A DNA stretch of 64,000 nucleotides from Octopus vulgaris. Its lineage: Eukaryota. A program made the translations under genes and the position numbers. The stretch lies in assembly GCA_951406725.2 (NCBI GenBank), contig OX597821.1, positions 9,486,001 through 9,550,000 on the forward strand, written 5' to 3'. Positions 1-13,170 of this stretch are shown piece by piece; within the stretch, counting starts at the first letter, position 1, and every line of letters starts with the position of its first letter. The notes under the pieces are model-generated. The model made no database searches. It had not been told where the DNA came from and saw only the letters and a list, made by a program, of their open reading frames with translations.

Positions 1-270
1 TCTCTACTACTCGTAAATAACACCCACCTTCCGCATACTATCCATCTTTTCTTTTGACGTATTCATTTATCCGACAATTTCCGACATGCTAACATACACT
101 CAGCATATTTAAAAATTACATACGTTTTGAGACACCCACCCAAATATCAACAACAGAAATATATGATGCTGGCAATATCTACACGTATATATGCGCCCCA
201 CATATACACTCGCATACACAATGACCTTTCTATCTATTCCACTCACGGATAAACTCTGAAATATGCACTC

Positions 271-371
271 AAACATTCGTTCCTTTGTGACCCAAACATT
301 TGTTCCTTTGTGACCCAAACATTCGTTCCTTTGTGACCCAAACATTCGTTCCTTTTGACCCAAACATTCGT
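271..371. repeat. 23-bp minisatellite, about 4.4 copies
   Basis: Unit AAACATTCGTTCCTTTGTGACCC repeated head-to-tail with no spacers. Confidence 0.9.
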
Positions 372-486
372 ACTCACACATTCTTTCCTTCGTGAGTCTC
401 TCAATTCTAAGGAATTCTATCCTGGCATCGGAACCTTTAAGTTTGTCTTGCCACTTCATCTATATTTTTAAATTTCGTGTATTTTA

Positions 487-523
487 AATATATATATATA
501 ATATATATATATACATATATATG

Positions 524-585
<62 letters not shown>

Positions 586-605
586 CTATATATATCTATA
601 TATAC

Positions 606-698
<93 letters not shown>
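487..698. repeat. (TA)n/(CA)n compound microsatellite, representative of dozens in the window
   Basis: Direct reading. Similar large tracts at about 2100-2310, 9670-9935, 10485-10625, 26605-26770, 51105-51540 and 53860-54330. Confidence 0.95.
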
Positions 699-2127
699 TT
701 CATATTTGTCTCTTTAACCTATGCCTATTACTTCTCGCTTTCGTTTCCCCGGTGAAGAAATAATGCATGAATAGTTATGACAATCTCAACGTTTGATGTA
801 ATAGATTATTTTCTTAAAATGTTCTTTCCCCTGTTATTCAGGTTATTGTGGATTAGCATTAAACTATACGCATATTCTGGTAGATATGTACGTATATATG
901 CATGCATACATGTATGTATACATGTATGAATGTGCGCGAGGGCACACGCCGTGTACCATTCACTCGTATTGAAATAAATGACGTAAATGAAGATTGCGTG
1001 CAAGTATACTTGGCCAAGATTTCGTGTTCCCGGAGCGAGGATCTAATTACAGATCTACAGAAGTCATTCTCTAGTGAGATATCTTGAAAGCCTTGCAAAA
1101 GTATTTCCCGGTCTTGTAACTGTAAAACAGAAAAAGAAGAAAAACAGGGAGGATTGTATATTCCGTATAACGATAATTATCATTTCTCGGCTGCAGGAAC
1201 GTATAAACTTGCGAATTTTTTGCACTTAGTCAGGTGAAACATTTTCAACATCTATTAGAATCATTTGTACGTAACTTTGAGAAATTACACCTACAATATT
1301 GTGAGAGAACTTTGTAAAATATAACTTTGAAAAAATTTAAGTGCATGACACTTTGCTAAATAATTTTTCATCGCACCAACAAGAGACTATGGACATCAAT
1401 CATGAACTATTGACGTAAAATATAGTAGATATATTGTGAGTGAATTCAGCTAGAATATATATATATATATAGATAGGTAGATAGATAGATAGAGATAGAT
1501 ACAGATAAATAGATAGATATAAAGAGATATATAGATAGATAGAGAAATAGACAGATAGATAGATAGATATACTAATGTGTATTAATGAGAGCATATGTGT
1601 GATATGTACGATGGTACGTGTATGTCTGCACGCGTGTGTGTTCGTTTTTTAATAGCTGTGAAACAATGTGCATTAAATAAGGCCCTTGTTTCCAGATTGA
1701 AGCCCCTAGTTCATAAGTAACCAAATATTTGTTAAATATATATAAGTTTGATAAAAATATGTTAGTGCAATGTGGATACATGAGAGACAAATATTTTCGT
1801 TGAGACATTAAACATTTTGGGATTATCTAAAAGATTAGTGAGCCCTGAGGGATTGAGTAAATGCTTACCCTACTTGGTGAAAAAACGTATTCACAGTCAA
1901 TAAAATTACTGCTTCACTTATGTTGCCTGTAACAGAGACACGTTGTTGTAGTTAGTAGAATGTCACGTAGGCAAATAGGATCAGACGCCTTCTTGTGTAT
2001 GATTGCTTTTCAGAAAAATTACGTATACTCATATGGCCACACGCACACACATCTGTTGATGGCTTCATTTGCGTCTCTGTCTACCTGTCAGACTTTCTCT
2101 TTTTCTCTCTCTCTCTCTGTTTCTCTC

Positions 2128-2181
<54 letters not shown>

Positions 2182-2210
2182 AATACAAACATGCGTATAT
2201 ATATACATAA

Positions 2211-2244
<34 letters not shown>

Positions 2245-2252
2245 ACTCATAG

Positions 2253-2311
<59 letters not shown>

Positions 2312-2439
2312 AGAAAAAAGCAACAAGAATGGATCAATATTTCGGTACAATTGTTTCGTACGAAGACAGCTTTATTAAGACTGCAAATATTGCAGTAAAT
2401 CTTAATTACTTTTACTGTATGTATATATATATATATATA

Positions 2440-2659
2440 TATTAAGTTAATCCAAACAAGAAAGTACAATAAAAACACAACGACGCGAGGACGTGGAACA
2501 AATAAAGTATTATTGGACGCCCAGGAAAGAAGGGAAGAAGGAGGGTTTAACGTTTCGAGAGGAGCTCTTCGTCGGAAACAAAGGAGAAGGAAAGATCCCG
2601 AGAAGGGAAGACAGAGGAAAAAAAATTGCTGGCGGTTCTCACGATGTCACATGTTGAAA

Positions 2660-2660
<1 letters not shown>
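2440..2660 (-). mobile_element. Penelope-like terminal (pLTR) fragment with hammerhead motif, between (TA)n tracts
   Basis: Minus strand 2579-2545 reads gttt-CCGACGA-A-GAG-ctcct-CTC-GAAA-CG-TT-aaac. A homologous copy lies at about 42450-42660. Confidence 0.6.
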
Positions 2661-2705
<45 letters not shown>

Positions 2706-4122
2706 CAGAATGAGATAACAAAACCACGGGTGTGAGGAGTTGTCAGGGCATTTATAATGATATATATATATATATATATATACATAATATATAAACGCAT
2801 AATTATATATTACACGTACATATATACACACACACACACATTTATTTGCATACTTACAATACTTGCAAGGTACATATGTGTGCGGATTATCAAAGACTAA
2901 GACGCGGCATTTTCTGTATGAGTTAAGGCAATGCACACAAACGGAGACATGTAAGAGGCATGTAAAATATGTACATGTAATGTCTCAAATGCAGTCAATC
3001 AAGTTAGACCCAGTTTGTGAATAGCGTCTTGAATTTTATGCATAAAATAAACTATCACAGTTCAAGCATTCCAGATCCTACGTACTTAGATTCTACAGTG
3101 AGTTAACCCATGTTACAAATAATGAAATACGAAAACATTTTATGTGACGCAACAGCGATGGCTTTTATAAATAGCTGTTTCTCCTAATTTGTAAAATATA
3201 TATATATATAATGCATACACTCTTATAATATGCATGCATGTATATGTGTTTCTGTGTGCGTGAGTGTATGTGTGTGTGTACGTACTTGCATGTATAGATT
3301 TACTATTATACATTTTAAAATCCTTCCCTTCCTTTAGTTGTTCGATTGCCTTGAAGATTAATTATCGTCATTAATGGCTTAGTTATGCTTTTGTTCCAAT
3401 GGCTTCTTGTTGAAATGATACATCAAGTCCAGACCGGTTTGTGAAATAATTTGTTTTTGAGACACACATAAACAAACACAAACACAGATAGACATAAGCG
3501 TATGTAGCTACCTATCAACCTATTTATCTGCCTGGTGTCAGTCTGTTTATCTACCTATTGTACATATAATTCAAATTGATATAACGATTGTTTCTGCAAG
3601 CATAAAACAAAAATATTGTTCATTCACTTTGTCATCATTATTCGAAATACAATCGATTTAAAAAATAAACATGCATTGCAAATTAAGATACAACACATCA
3701 TAGGCCTGTTGACCACCTTCAAATAAACAATATATATATATAATATGTAATGTGTATTTCTTAAGTCGACTGAGTTTGAAGCAATATTCTCTGATGAAAT
3801 AAATCAAAAATGATTATTTCTAGCATATGTCAAGTATATTGTGCATCTTCCATATCTATATAATCAGTATGTAATTATATTAGGAAAAACTTCGTAATTG
3901 TAATGTCAGTTTGAATTTTTGTTTTCCGCGTTTAAAATATTAATAGTATTCAAACTGAGAAGCATATTGCATGTTTATTCAAGTGTAACTTGTACTTGTG
4001 AAGTGTTTCTCTTTCTTATCAACAGAAGTTTAATCGGTAGTTATTCAGTTAATTAAATACTGCTCAAACCACGTTCGTACATTATATGTAGACAATTTGA
4101 TAGCCTATAGATTATAAATATC

Positions 4123-4181
<59 letters not shown>

Positions 4182-4887
4182 GCTATCTATCTATCAATCT
4201 ATCTGTCAGACTGTCTGTCTGTCTGTCTGTCTGTCTCTCTGTCTCTCTCCCTCTTCCTCTGTACATATATATATATATATATGTGTGCGTGCGTGTGTGT
4301 GTAAGTGTGTGTGTGTGTGTGTGAGTATATTTGCAGGATTCAATTGGGCCGAGGTATTTTAATGATAACAATGCTCTATCTTACTAAAACATATACGGAC
4401 TTGTCCTTCTAGTTACCCATACATCCATGATATTGTCCAGTATAATCAGGGTATACGTAAAATCACACAAGGCTATACTCCGGCATTTTATCCAAGGTCC
4501 ATTTCCGGCTCGAGATACAATGCCGTGAACGTTGCGGTTGTAGTGTACAATAAATAATCATAACTGGAATTTTCACAGCAGGTGTATTCGACGAGATTTA
4601 TAGATGAACAAATGAATTACATCAGGTAAAAAAGAAAACCGCTTGCTTCAGGTGAATTAATATTAGAATCCAAAATTACTCTCTCCACCGCTACCGAAAA
4701 GTCCTACATCCTTAAAATCCTAAATATATTCTATAGTTTTTGTGTGAATATTTCTAAATTTCTGATCTTAATTTTAATTCACCTACAAAAAAACGTTTCT
4801 TTTTTAAAAATTATGTCAGTGATTTCTAATCCAAAAATAAAATACATCTATGGAAATAATTGCAATGACCTTTAATCCTTTTGCGTT

Positions 4888-4977
4888 TTTGTTGTTGTTG
4901 CTGCTGCTGCTGCTGCTGTTGTTGTTGTTCTTCTTCTTCTTCTACTTCTTCTTTTTCTTCTTCTTCTTCTTCTTCTT

Positions 4978-5058
<81 letters not shown>

Positions 5059-5076
5059 ATTATAATTATAATTATA

Positions 5077-5148
<72 letters not shown>
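4888..5148. repeat. Compound trinucleotide microsatellite (TTG)(CTG)(TTC)(TTA)
   Basis: Direct reading. Confidence 0.95.
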
Positions 5149-5149
<1 letters not shown>

Positions 5150-5267
5150 GATAGTCTTATTCTTTGTTCAGTCTCGTATGTCACCTTCATATCGTTGTTA
5201 AAATCATCCGGAGGAGCTGAAGTCTGCTTCACGAACAGATGCCCAACTGATGCACATAAATAAATAA

Positions 5268-5354
<87 letters not shown>

Positions 5355-6204
5355 GAGAGAGAGAAGGAGAGAGAAGAGAGAGAGAGAGAAACAGACAGAC
5401 TGACAGATATATATATATAGAGAGAGAATGAGATAGATAGGTAGATAGATGGAAAAATAGATAGATAGATGTTTAGATAGATAGAGTGTGCTTAATTCAG
5501 ACACAGTTTCCAAAACATTGGCATATCAAACATAAGGTGATGATCTCTGTCTGGTTGAACAAGTTCGTTCCGGAGGGTTGAATCATCAGGATAAACATCT
5601 ACTCCGAACTATTGTTTTATTTTTATATTTAGTGGTTCCTAATTTTCTTTTGAAAAGTTATATATGAGAACAATCATGAATTTCTCTGCATTTCGAATTG
5701 ATTTTATTCGAATCGTACTTTCAATTGATTTAATTCGAATTGTACTTCGAATTGATTTTATTAAAAGTTTTAAACATTTTATGGGTGGCATACGTGTTCA
5801 TCAACCTCCTCAACAAATTCTCTTCTGGTTTTTGGAAAGTTTAATTTGGAAACATATCAAGTTAGTATACAGAAAATATTGACCCCTCCAGTAATAGGAA
5901 CGAGTTGCGAAGATTCAGAAATAAAGATATAAACTCGTATTTCATTTATCAATTATGCATTTAGTGAAAATGAAAGGGAAAATATATTTACTAGCGATTA
6001 ATTTCCAGAAATTGATTTGAAGTACCAGAAGGTTGCCGGACCTAAAATAATAACCGATCATCTAGATATAAAATAAATAAAATGCATATCGTTCGTTGCT
6101 AAAATAACTTCATTTGGATACAAGAGATTCGTCAGACAACTGGGGAAAATTCAGTTCTATAGCGCGGATGAATGCACAATGTGAATTAAAATATGTTTTT
6201 CTTT

Positions 6205-6815
6205 CTTTTTGTTCTACACTAGGCACAAGGCCCGAAATTTTGAAGGAGAGGGCCAATCTATTAGATCGAAGCCAGTATGCAACCAGGTACTTAATTTATC
6301 GAACCTGAAAGGATGAACGGCAAAGTCGACCTCGACGGAATTTGAATGGAAAGACAGACGAAATACGGCCAAGCATTTCGGCCGACGTGCTAACGTTTCG
6401 CCTAGCCCGCCGCCTTAGTGTATTAAAATATATTTCTTTATTTAATGCCCAGAGGGCATAAACAGAGAAGGGACAAACATGATGATAAATCGATTATATC
6501 GTCTCCAGTACATAACTGGTACTTACTTAATCGACCCCGAAAGGATGAACGGCAAAGTCGACCTCGGCGGAATTAGAACTCAGAACGTAAGGACAGTCAA
6601 ATTCCTATTTCTTTATTGCCCACAAGGGGCTAAACATAGAGTGGACAAACAAGGACAGACATATGTATTAAGTCGATTACATCGACCCCAGTGCGTAACT
6701 GGTACTTAATTTATCGACTTCGAAAGGATGAAAAGCAAAGTCGACCTCGGCGGAATTTGAACTCACAACGTAACGGCAGACGAAATACTACTAAGCATTT
6801 CGCTCGGCGTGCTAA
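6205..6815 (-). mobile_element. Tandem cluster of three copies of a tRNA-derived SINE (family B)
   Basis: Minus-strand head aaggcggcgggctagg...cgttagcacg..cgaaatgct..gtatttcgtct with B-box gagttcaaattcc, then cttt(t)catcctttcg(g)ggtcgataaattaagtaccag. The same family recurs at 62508-63405. Confidence 0.8.
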
Positions 6816-7246
6816 AATATATATTGTCTTAGCAATGTATCTCTAGAGATAATCATGTATGTATAATTTCTCTATCCGTCTCTCTCATTCTCTGTTTCTC
6901 TCTCTCTCTCTCTCTCTTTCACATACTGGCACAAACACACACACACAAATACAAACATATGCACCTGCTTTGGTATGAATGACTATACATTAGTAAAAAA
7001 TGAAAAGCTGACTATTGCGTTTGTTAATGCATTGGTACATCATATATGGCGCTTCCAAATTTGCGGTAAATTTCGATCTTGAGTAACTTATAATTTTCCA
7101 CGATATTGATTGCATCTGGCAGTTGAAGCGGAGCTCCAGAGATAGATTATGTATTTGAAAAACGAAAATATATAATTAATTGAAATATCAACAATAACAA
7201 CAACAAAACTATAACAACAATAATAATAATAATAATAATAATAATG

Positions 7247-7312
<66 letters not shown>

Positions 7313-7591
7313 GTAATAGACAAGGCGAAGAGCGTGATGGGATTGCAAATTGGTTGAACGATATTTTAAGTTGAAATTATATTAATTTGAAACTTAAAAA
7401 CTGATTATCGTCCACACCTGAAATTTGAATCTCTATAATTTTGATTTTTGTCACTTTTTATTTTGAACTTGACAATGACATATCGAAATATCGTTCAAAC
7501 AAAATATACCTATTGAAATCGCATCACGCTCTTCGTCCTATCTGTTGACCTCTGTGAAGAGTTACGTCAACCCTTTTAAAATATAATAATA

Positions 7592-7678
<87 letters not shown>

Positions 7679-7796
7679 TGGCGACATAGCATTATATTTT
7701 AAAGCAATATGTTTCTTACAATGGCATGTGACTGAATTGCGCATATTTATTCCGTTTTCACTAAGTATAACAGTTACCTGTAGCGAATTCTTTTCG

Positions 7797-7839
<43 letters not shown>

Positions 7840-7912
7840 CATACATACATAATATTAATTTGAATATATCTCATTCTTACATATTGCCACACGTCAGTCA
7901 ATCGATCCATCA

Positions 7913-7990
<78 letters not shown>

Positions 7991-7997
7991 GATATAG

Positions 7998-8405
7998 TTA
8001 GGCGTGGCTGTGAGATAAGATGTTTGTCTCCCTGTCACATAGTTCCGGATTCTTTGCTAGTATGTGTCACCTTCGGCAACTGTCTACTATTATAGCTTCG
8101 GGACGAATAATACTTCATAAGTGGTATATATATATATATGTGTGTGTGTGTCTGTGTGTGTGGGTTTGTGTGAGTGTTTATTCGTGTATGTGTGTGAGTG
8201 CGTGTGTCAACGAGCGTGTGGATGTATTTGTGTATGTTTGCCACTTACAACCTCTTGACAATCAGTGTTGTCACGGTCACATCGAGCAAACACCACGCTT
8301 AAAAAAATAAAGAATGGGTGTCGATTCATTCCAATGCAAGTTCTTCAAAGCGGTGCCCTTTTTATTTCACCGATGTCATGACTGAAAGAATTGGAAGTTA
8401 AAGAA
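7998..8405 (+). mobile_element. Degraded tRNA-derived SINE (family A) with internal (TG)n
   Basis: Collinear, diverged match to the reverse complement of 41486-41894 (ggcgtggctgtg...accttcggcaactgtctactattatagcttcgggacga...gcggtgccc...atgactgaaa). Confidence 0.65.
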
Positions 8406-8915
8406 ATGTATATATGTATATGTTTCGATATATAATGCGAGAGAGAAAAATATACAGAGGTGGAGTTAGAGGCGTGTAATGACTTCCATACACGCGGAAG
8501 TATTAATTCTATATGTCATTATAATGATATGACTTCTAGCAATTATCATGTAATATAATGTAATTGAATATGAAATGCAAAGCAAAAATTTTAGATCTCT
8601 TTGTGGGAAGGAAACTTTGGTTCATTTTATCAGTCTCCGACACGAATTCGAGGTTTTTTTTTATTTCTCGCCATATATATCTTTAAACTTATTAAAACAT
8701 CAAACTGTCTATCAAGAAATAATTAAATTTCTATAACTTATTGTTGTAGGCATAATTTCTTTAATAACAATCTGCAACTACACATTTACTCATAATTTTT
8801 TTAGATAAAAACTTAGTGGTAAATATGCACGCAAGCAGACATGCGTGCCCACATAGGCACGCACACACACGCACACACGAATGTTTGTATGTATGTATGT
8901 ATGTACGTATGCATG

Positions 8916-8959
<44 letters not shown>

Positions 8960-9665
8960 AACACACACACACACACGTTTGTTATTATAGTCTATATTCT
9001 ATATCGATTACGTAAATAAGACCATGTACGTATGCACCATTTTTTCTATGTATCCATGTATGCCTGTATGTATGTATCTATCTATCTATCAACCAATATA
9101 TCTAGGTGTACATACGCGCAAACACACACTGATGCACAGACTCATATGCATGTGTATATGTAAGTATAAATATATATTCAGATATGTGTATATATATATG
9201 TGTGTGTGTGTGCATGTGTATGCCCCTGTCTGTGACTGCGAGTAGGGTTACACGTGTACACACAGGTACACTCATGTATATATTATGACGTTAGCTTTGG
9301 TTTTCAGCGTGTAATTTTTGAATATTTCTATGGTCAGTGTACTTGCACCTTTGAGTATGCTGATGTTTGTTTTTTATTTGTTGGTGATGAGGATGATATG
9401 CGACCTACTATTAAGAATAGTATTTTAATAGGTCTTGTTGAAATGTTTCCTTTCCTGAAAAGAAAATAGGTAGAAAAAAGAAAAGAAAGCAAAACATATT
9501 CTTTTAAATTCGTAACCTTTCTCTCTTAGCTTCTCACATCCTCCTCGCTTTTTCATGGTATTAATCATATTTTCCCGGTTTTAAAATATTGAGAGTAAGT
9601 GAGTGTAAATTTGCATTCTAGATGTGAATTTTCAGTGCCTATGTAAGTTTATATTATTACAAATG

Positions 9666-9737
<72 letters not shown>

Positions 9738-9866
9738 CTCTCGTACACGCACACAGGAAACACACCCATCCAAACACATACATACCTATACAAGCATACG
9801 CAAACATGCATACATGCGTGTATATATATATATATATATATACAAACACACACACACAACACACAC

Positions 9867-9924
<58 letters not shown>

Positions 9925-10153
9925 CCTGCATACATATGATTTAATATCCATATCATTAGGAGTGTGCCTTAAAAAGAAACGTGATATAGATGGTTGAGTA
10001 AAACAAAATATGTATATATATATATAATTCTTTCAAGGTCCTTCAGTAATTCTTCAGTTTAGAAATAAGCAATTTTATTCGAAAGTTTGATATGTTTTTA
10101 AATGCATATGTAAGACTATTATTCCTTCGTGTTTATTTTGTTCTTCCAGTCTG

Positions 10154-10317
10154 TCATTCCTTCACCGATATCAGGGTAAATTGCTCTGTTTGGCAGTTTG
10201 TACGGCTGTAACTAATATTATAGCTTCCACCCGACTTTGGGCGTTGTGTCTGTTGTTCATGTTCTAATGGCGAAACACAACACAGGCAAACAGACTTGAA
10301 TTCTTTACGGAACTTTG
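10154..10317 (-). CDS. Same GPCR, terminal coding exon (helix 8 and C-tail)
   Basis: Acceptor ctttcttttttattgcag| then (A)[62 protein letters not shown]...CC is the orexin-receptor helix-8/palmitoylation pattern. Phase 1 matches the upstream exon. Confidence 0.9.
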
Positions 10318-10483
10318 CTGCAATAAAAAAGAAAGTAAATATACACAAATGTAAATTTATGACATTGTACATGCATATATATCTGTGTGCGTGTGTGTGT
10401 TATAAATATTTGCAATATATACACACATGCACACACAAACACATACATAAAACATACCTCCATATATTTATATATGTTTGTGC

Positions 10484-10526
<43 letters not shown>

Positions 10527-10547
10527 TATACATATATATGTCTGTGC

Positions 10548-10614
<67 letters not shown>

Positions 10615-12914
10615 TACATATATAAATATATGGAGGTATGTATGTACATAAAACACACATACATTTCTAGAATAACTTCAAATAGGCATAAAGATAGAAA
10701 ACAAGGACTGAGAAGAAAAACATTGACCACCGTCTATGATTTTTATCTCGTCCAACAATTTCTTACCTGGCTTGAATCCACACCTGCAGACACAGTTATA
10801 ATCACTCGATATAATTTATCTCTATTTGTCATTAATAGTGAGTAATTTCTATTTGTCTGATAATTACTATTAAATGTTGGCTGCTGCTGTAAGTTTGAAT
10901 ATGTTAAAGAAAAACATCTCGGAACAATTTATACATATGAATACAGTTAATGTACCTTACGAAGTATATTTCTAAACAGTTATAAATACATCTCCCAATG
11001 TTATGTACACACAGTAGAAATATAGCAGATAATGTGTCATAGCTCATAGAATAATTATCACATCAGATTCATCGTACTCCTTGTATTGTCCAATAAGTGT
11101 ATCTTATTTTCGGATAAGCTGTCAATTTTCGAAAATTAAAAGTTTATTAAAACTTTTTAAATTTGTGGTATATTAATGTAGTTTTCCAATCTAAATCTCA
11201 GGAGATATTTAAATTTTTCCAGAATGTTTTTTTTTAAAGTGTTTTAGGTGTTTAAAGTTTGATAATCTTTACACAGTCTGAAAAGCAGGAATTGGAAGCG
11301 ATCATTTTGTGCGGACAACATGTGTTGTCAACAGTAAACAAATGAAAATACTAGTGGAATTCTACTTTACGTACGCCATATAACCCCACATAAATATTTT
11401 CTCTTTTGGAATTTTTAAGAAATGTTTGCGAATTTATATTCTTTCTTGGGAATTCATACGATTATGCCAAAACCAAAAGAAAACATTTGTGGGTGTAAGA
11501 TTTGAGGGCTATTTAGCTGGTATTTTAAACACATTACACCAACACTTTAATGAATGGAATATATTTGCCAAAGCATGCTTTCTCGGAGAGAAATGGTCTC
11601 CCTTGCATGGTGTGTTACTATAGAAACAAGCATGAAATTGTCTGTGGCTTATGATTAGCTAAAAAGTACACCAAATTCATAAACTTTAAAAGCTACTGAA
11701 GATTTAATCGTTATTTTATGGCGAAAATGAATTTCAAGACATTGATTAGTATATAAAACTATTCCATTACACCGAATATAAAATCAATTCGATCAGAAAT
11801 TAAAAAGATTGAAAAGTGGCAGCCAACGAGAAAAGATTTCGAGATGTATTCAGATATTATTAAACTCCACAGCGAACAATATTCGAGGCTTCAGTTAGGT
11901 TTTTCGAACACACAGTATCTTGCCTTGTAATACCTATATTGACAATCGTGGGGTTTTGAATTTTACTTCAATCAAATTATACAAGCGAATTGCTGTATAA
12001 TTGGACAGAACAATGTTGAGATACCCACGTCCTGGTGATATGAAAACCAACCATAAATGATTCTATGACCACATTTCACTTTTGCTGTGGAGAAGACATT
12101 AAGAATGTGTATTAATTTTTCTTTTTTTTGAGTTGCAATTTTTAAAAGCTTAATATTGTACTGGGCTACAAATATGTTTCTGTGTTATCTAATATTATAC
12201 AAGCGTCTGTCTCGAGAGGAAAACCGCGGTTTACTGAGTTTCGATGCTATATCCAATTAAATGTATACACAAAATGCTTGAGTTAATATTGATTCATTCA
12301 CTAACAAAGAATGCCTCTCTCTCTCTCCTTCTCTCTCTCTCTCTCTCTCCCTCAACCGCATATATATGTTTGATTGCAAAGGTGTTACAGAGAACAGGTT
12401 TTGATTAATTTTTTTGTGCTATTGTTTAGAGTTTATTCACACATGTAGAACGTGGTAGTCAGGTGTGTGTATTTAGGTGTTTCACTAATATCAAGTATAT
12501 CTTATGTCGAAAAATAAATGTCCATGTTATACTGTTAGGTTTAGAATTCCACGTCGATTCCAGTCCTCCAGTTAAATAACAAGTCGATGCTTGAGAGAAA
12601 AAGCAAAGAGTTTCGCTGAACAAATCGACAGAAACATATTTTTTAAGATTGGAATTAATTTAATCTCTCTATTTTTGCTGAAATGCTATGTAATGGGGGA
12701 TGTAGTGAAACTAAAATTTTTTGAGAAAAGAGAATAAACACAAAGACCCACATGCACATGGTGTGCTTATATATATACGTATCTATAACTGTGTGCGTGT
12801 GTTTGTGTGTGAGTGTGTATGTGTGTGCACGAACAGGCACGAGCACACGCATACACACGCCCACGGATACATACGAACACAAACACCACATACAGACACA
12901 CACACTCATTTCGA

Positions 12915-13170
12915 CAGTGTTTCAGTAACCATCTGCCATATCCACTCTACAATTTGTTCGGCGTTGGGTAGTAGTGAACCCGTACCTACATGTCTACGGA
13001 GATCGCTCGAAGGACGTGTTCCTAAACCCTCAGTACTAATCGGTCTAGAGGTGCCCTCAACGTCGTCCGTCCCTTCTCCCCTTTCACCTGTCCTCACCTT
13101 GGACTTTGTTGTCCGCTGTGTTCTCCCTGCTCGGAAAAGATATAAAATGTGAAGAATCTCAAAGATCAAT
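12915..13170 (-). mobile_element. Possible degraded LINE (RTE-like) fragment
   Basis: Minus-strand translation ...VGTGSLLPNAEQIVEWIWQMVTETL loosely resembles the 'G.LL.....I..RW.E.F..LL' linker between EN and RT. GC-richer than the flanks. Confidence 0.3.

Noticed and set aside
271-371. Short repeats resembling a CRISPR array
   Set aside because: The units are contiguous with no unique spacers, there are no cas genes, and the context is eukaryotic.
468-763. Many ORFs rich in YI/HT/CV/LSIY or poly-N/I/K (here and throughout the window)
   Set aside because: They are translations of stop-free microsatellites, with no domain content or splice context.
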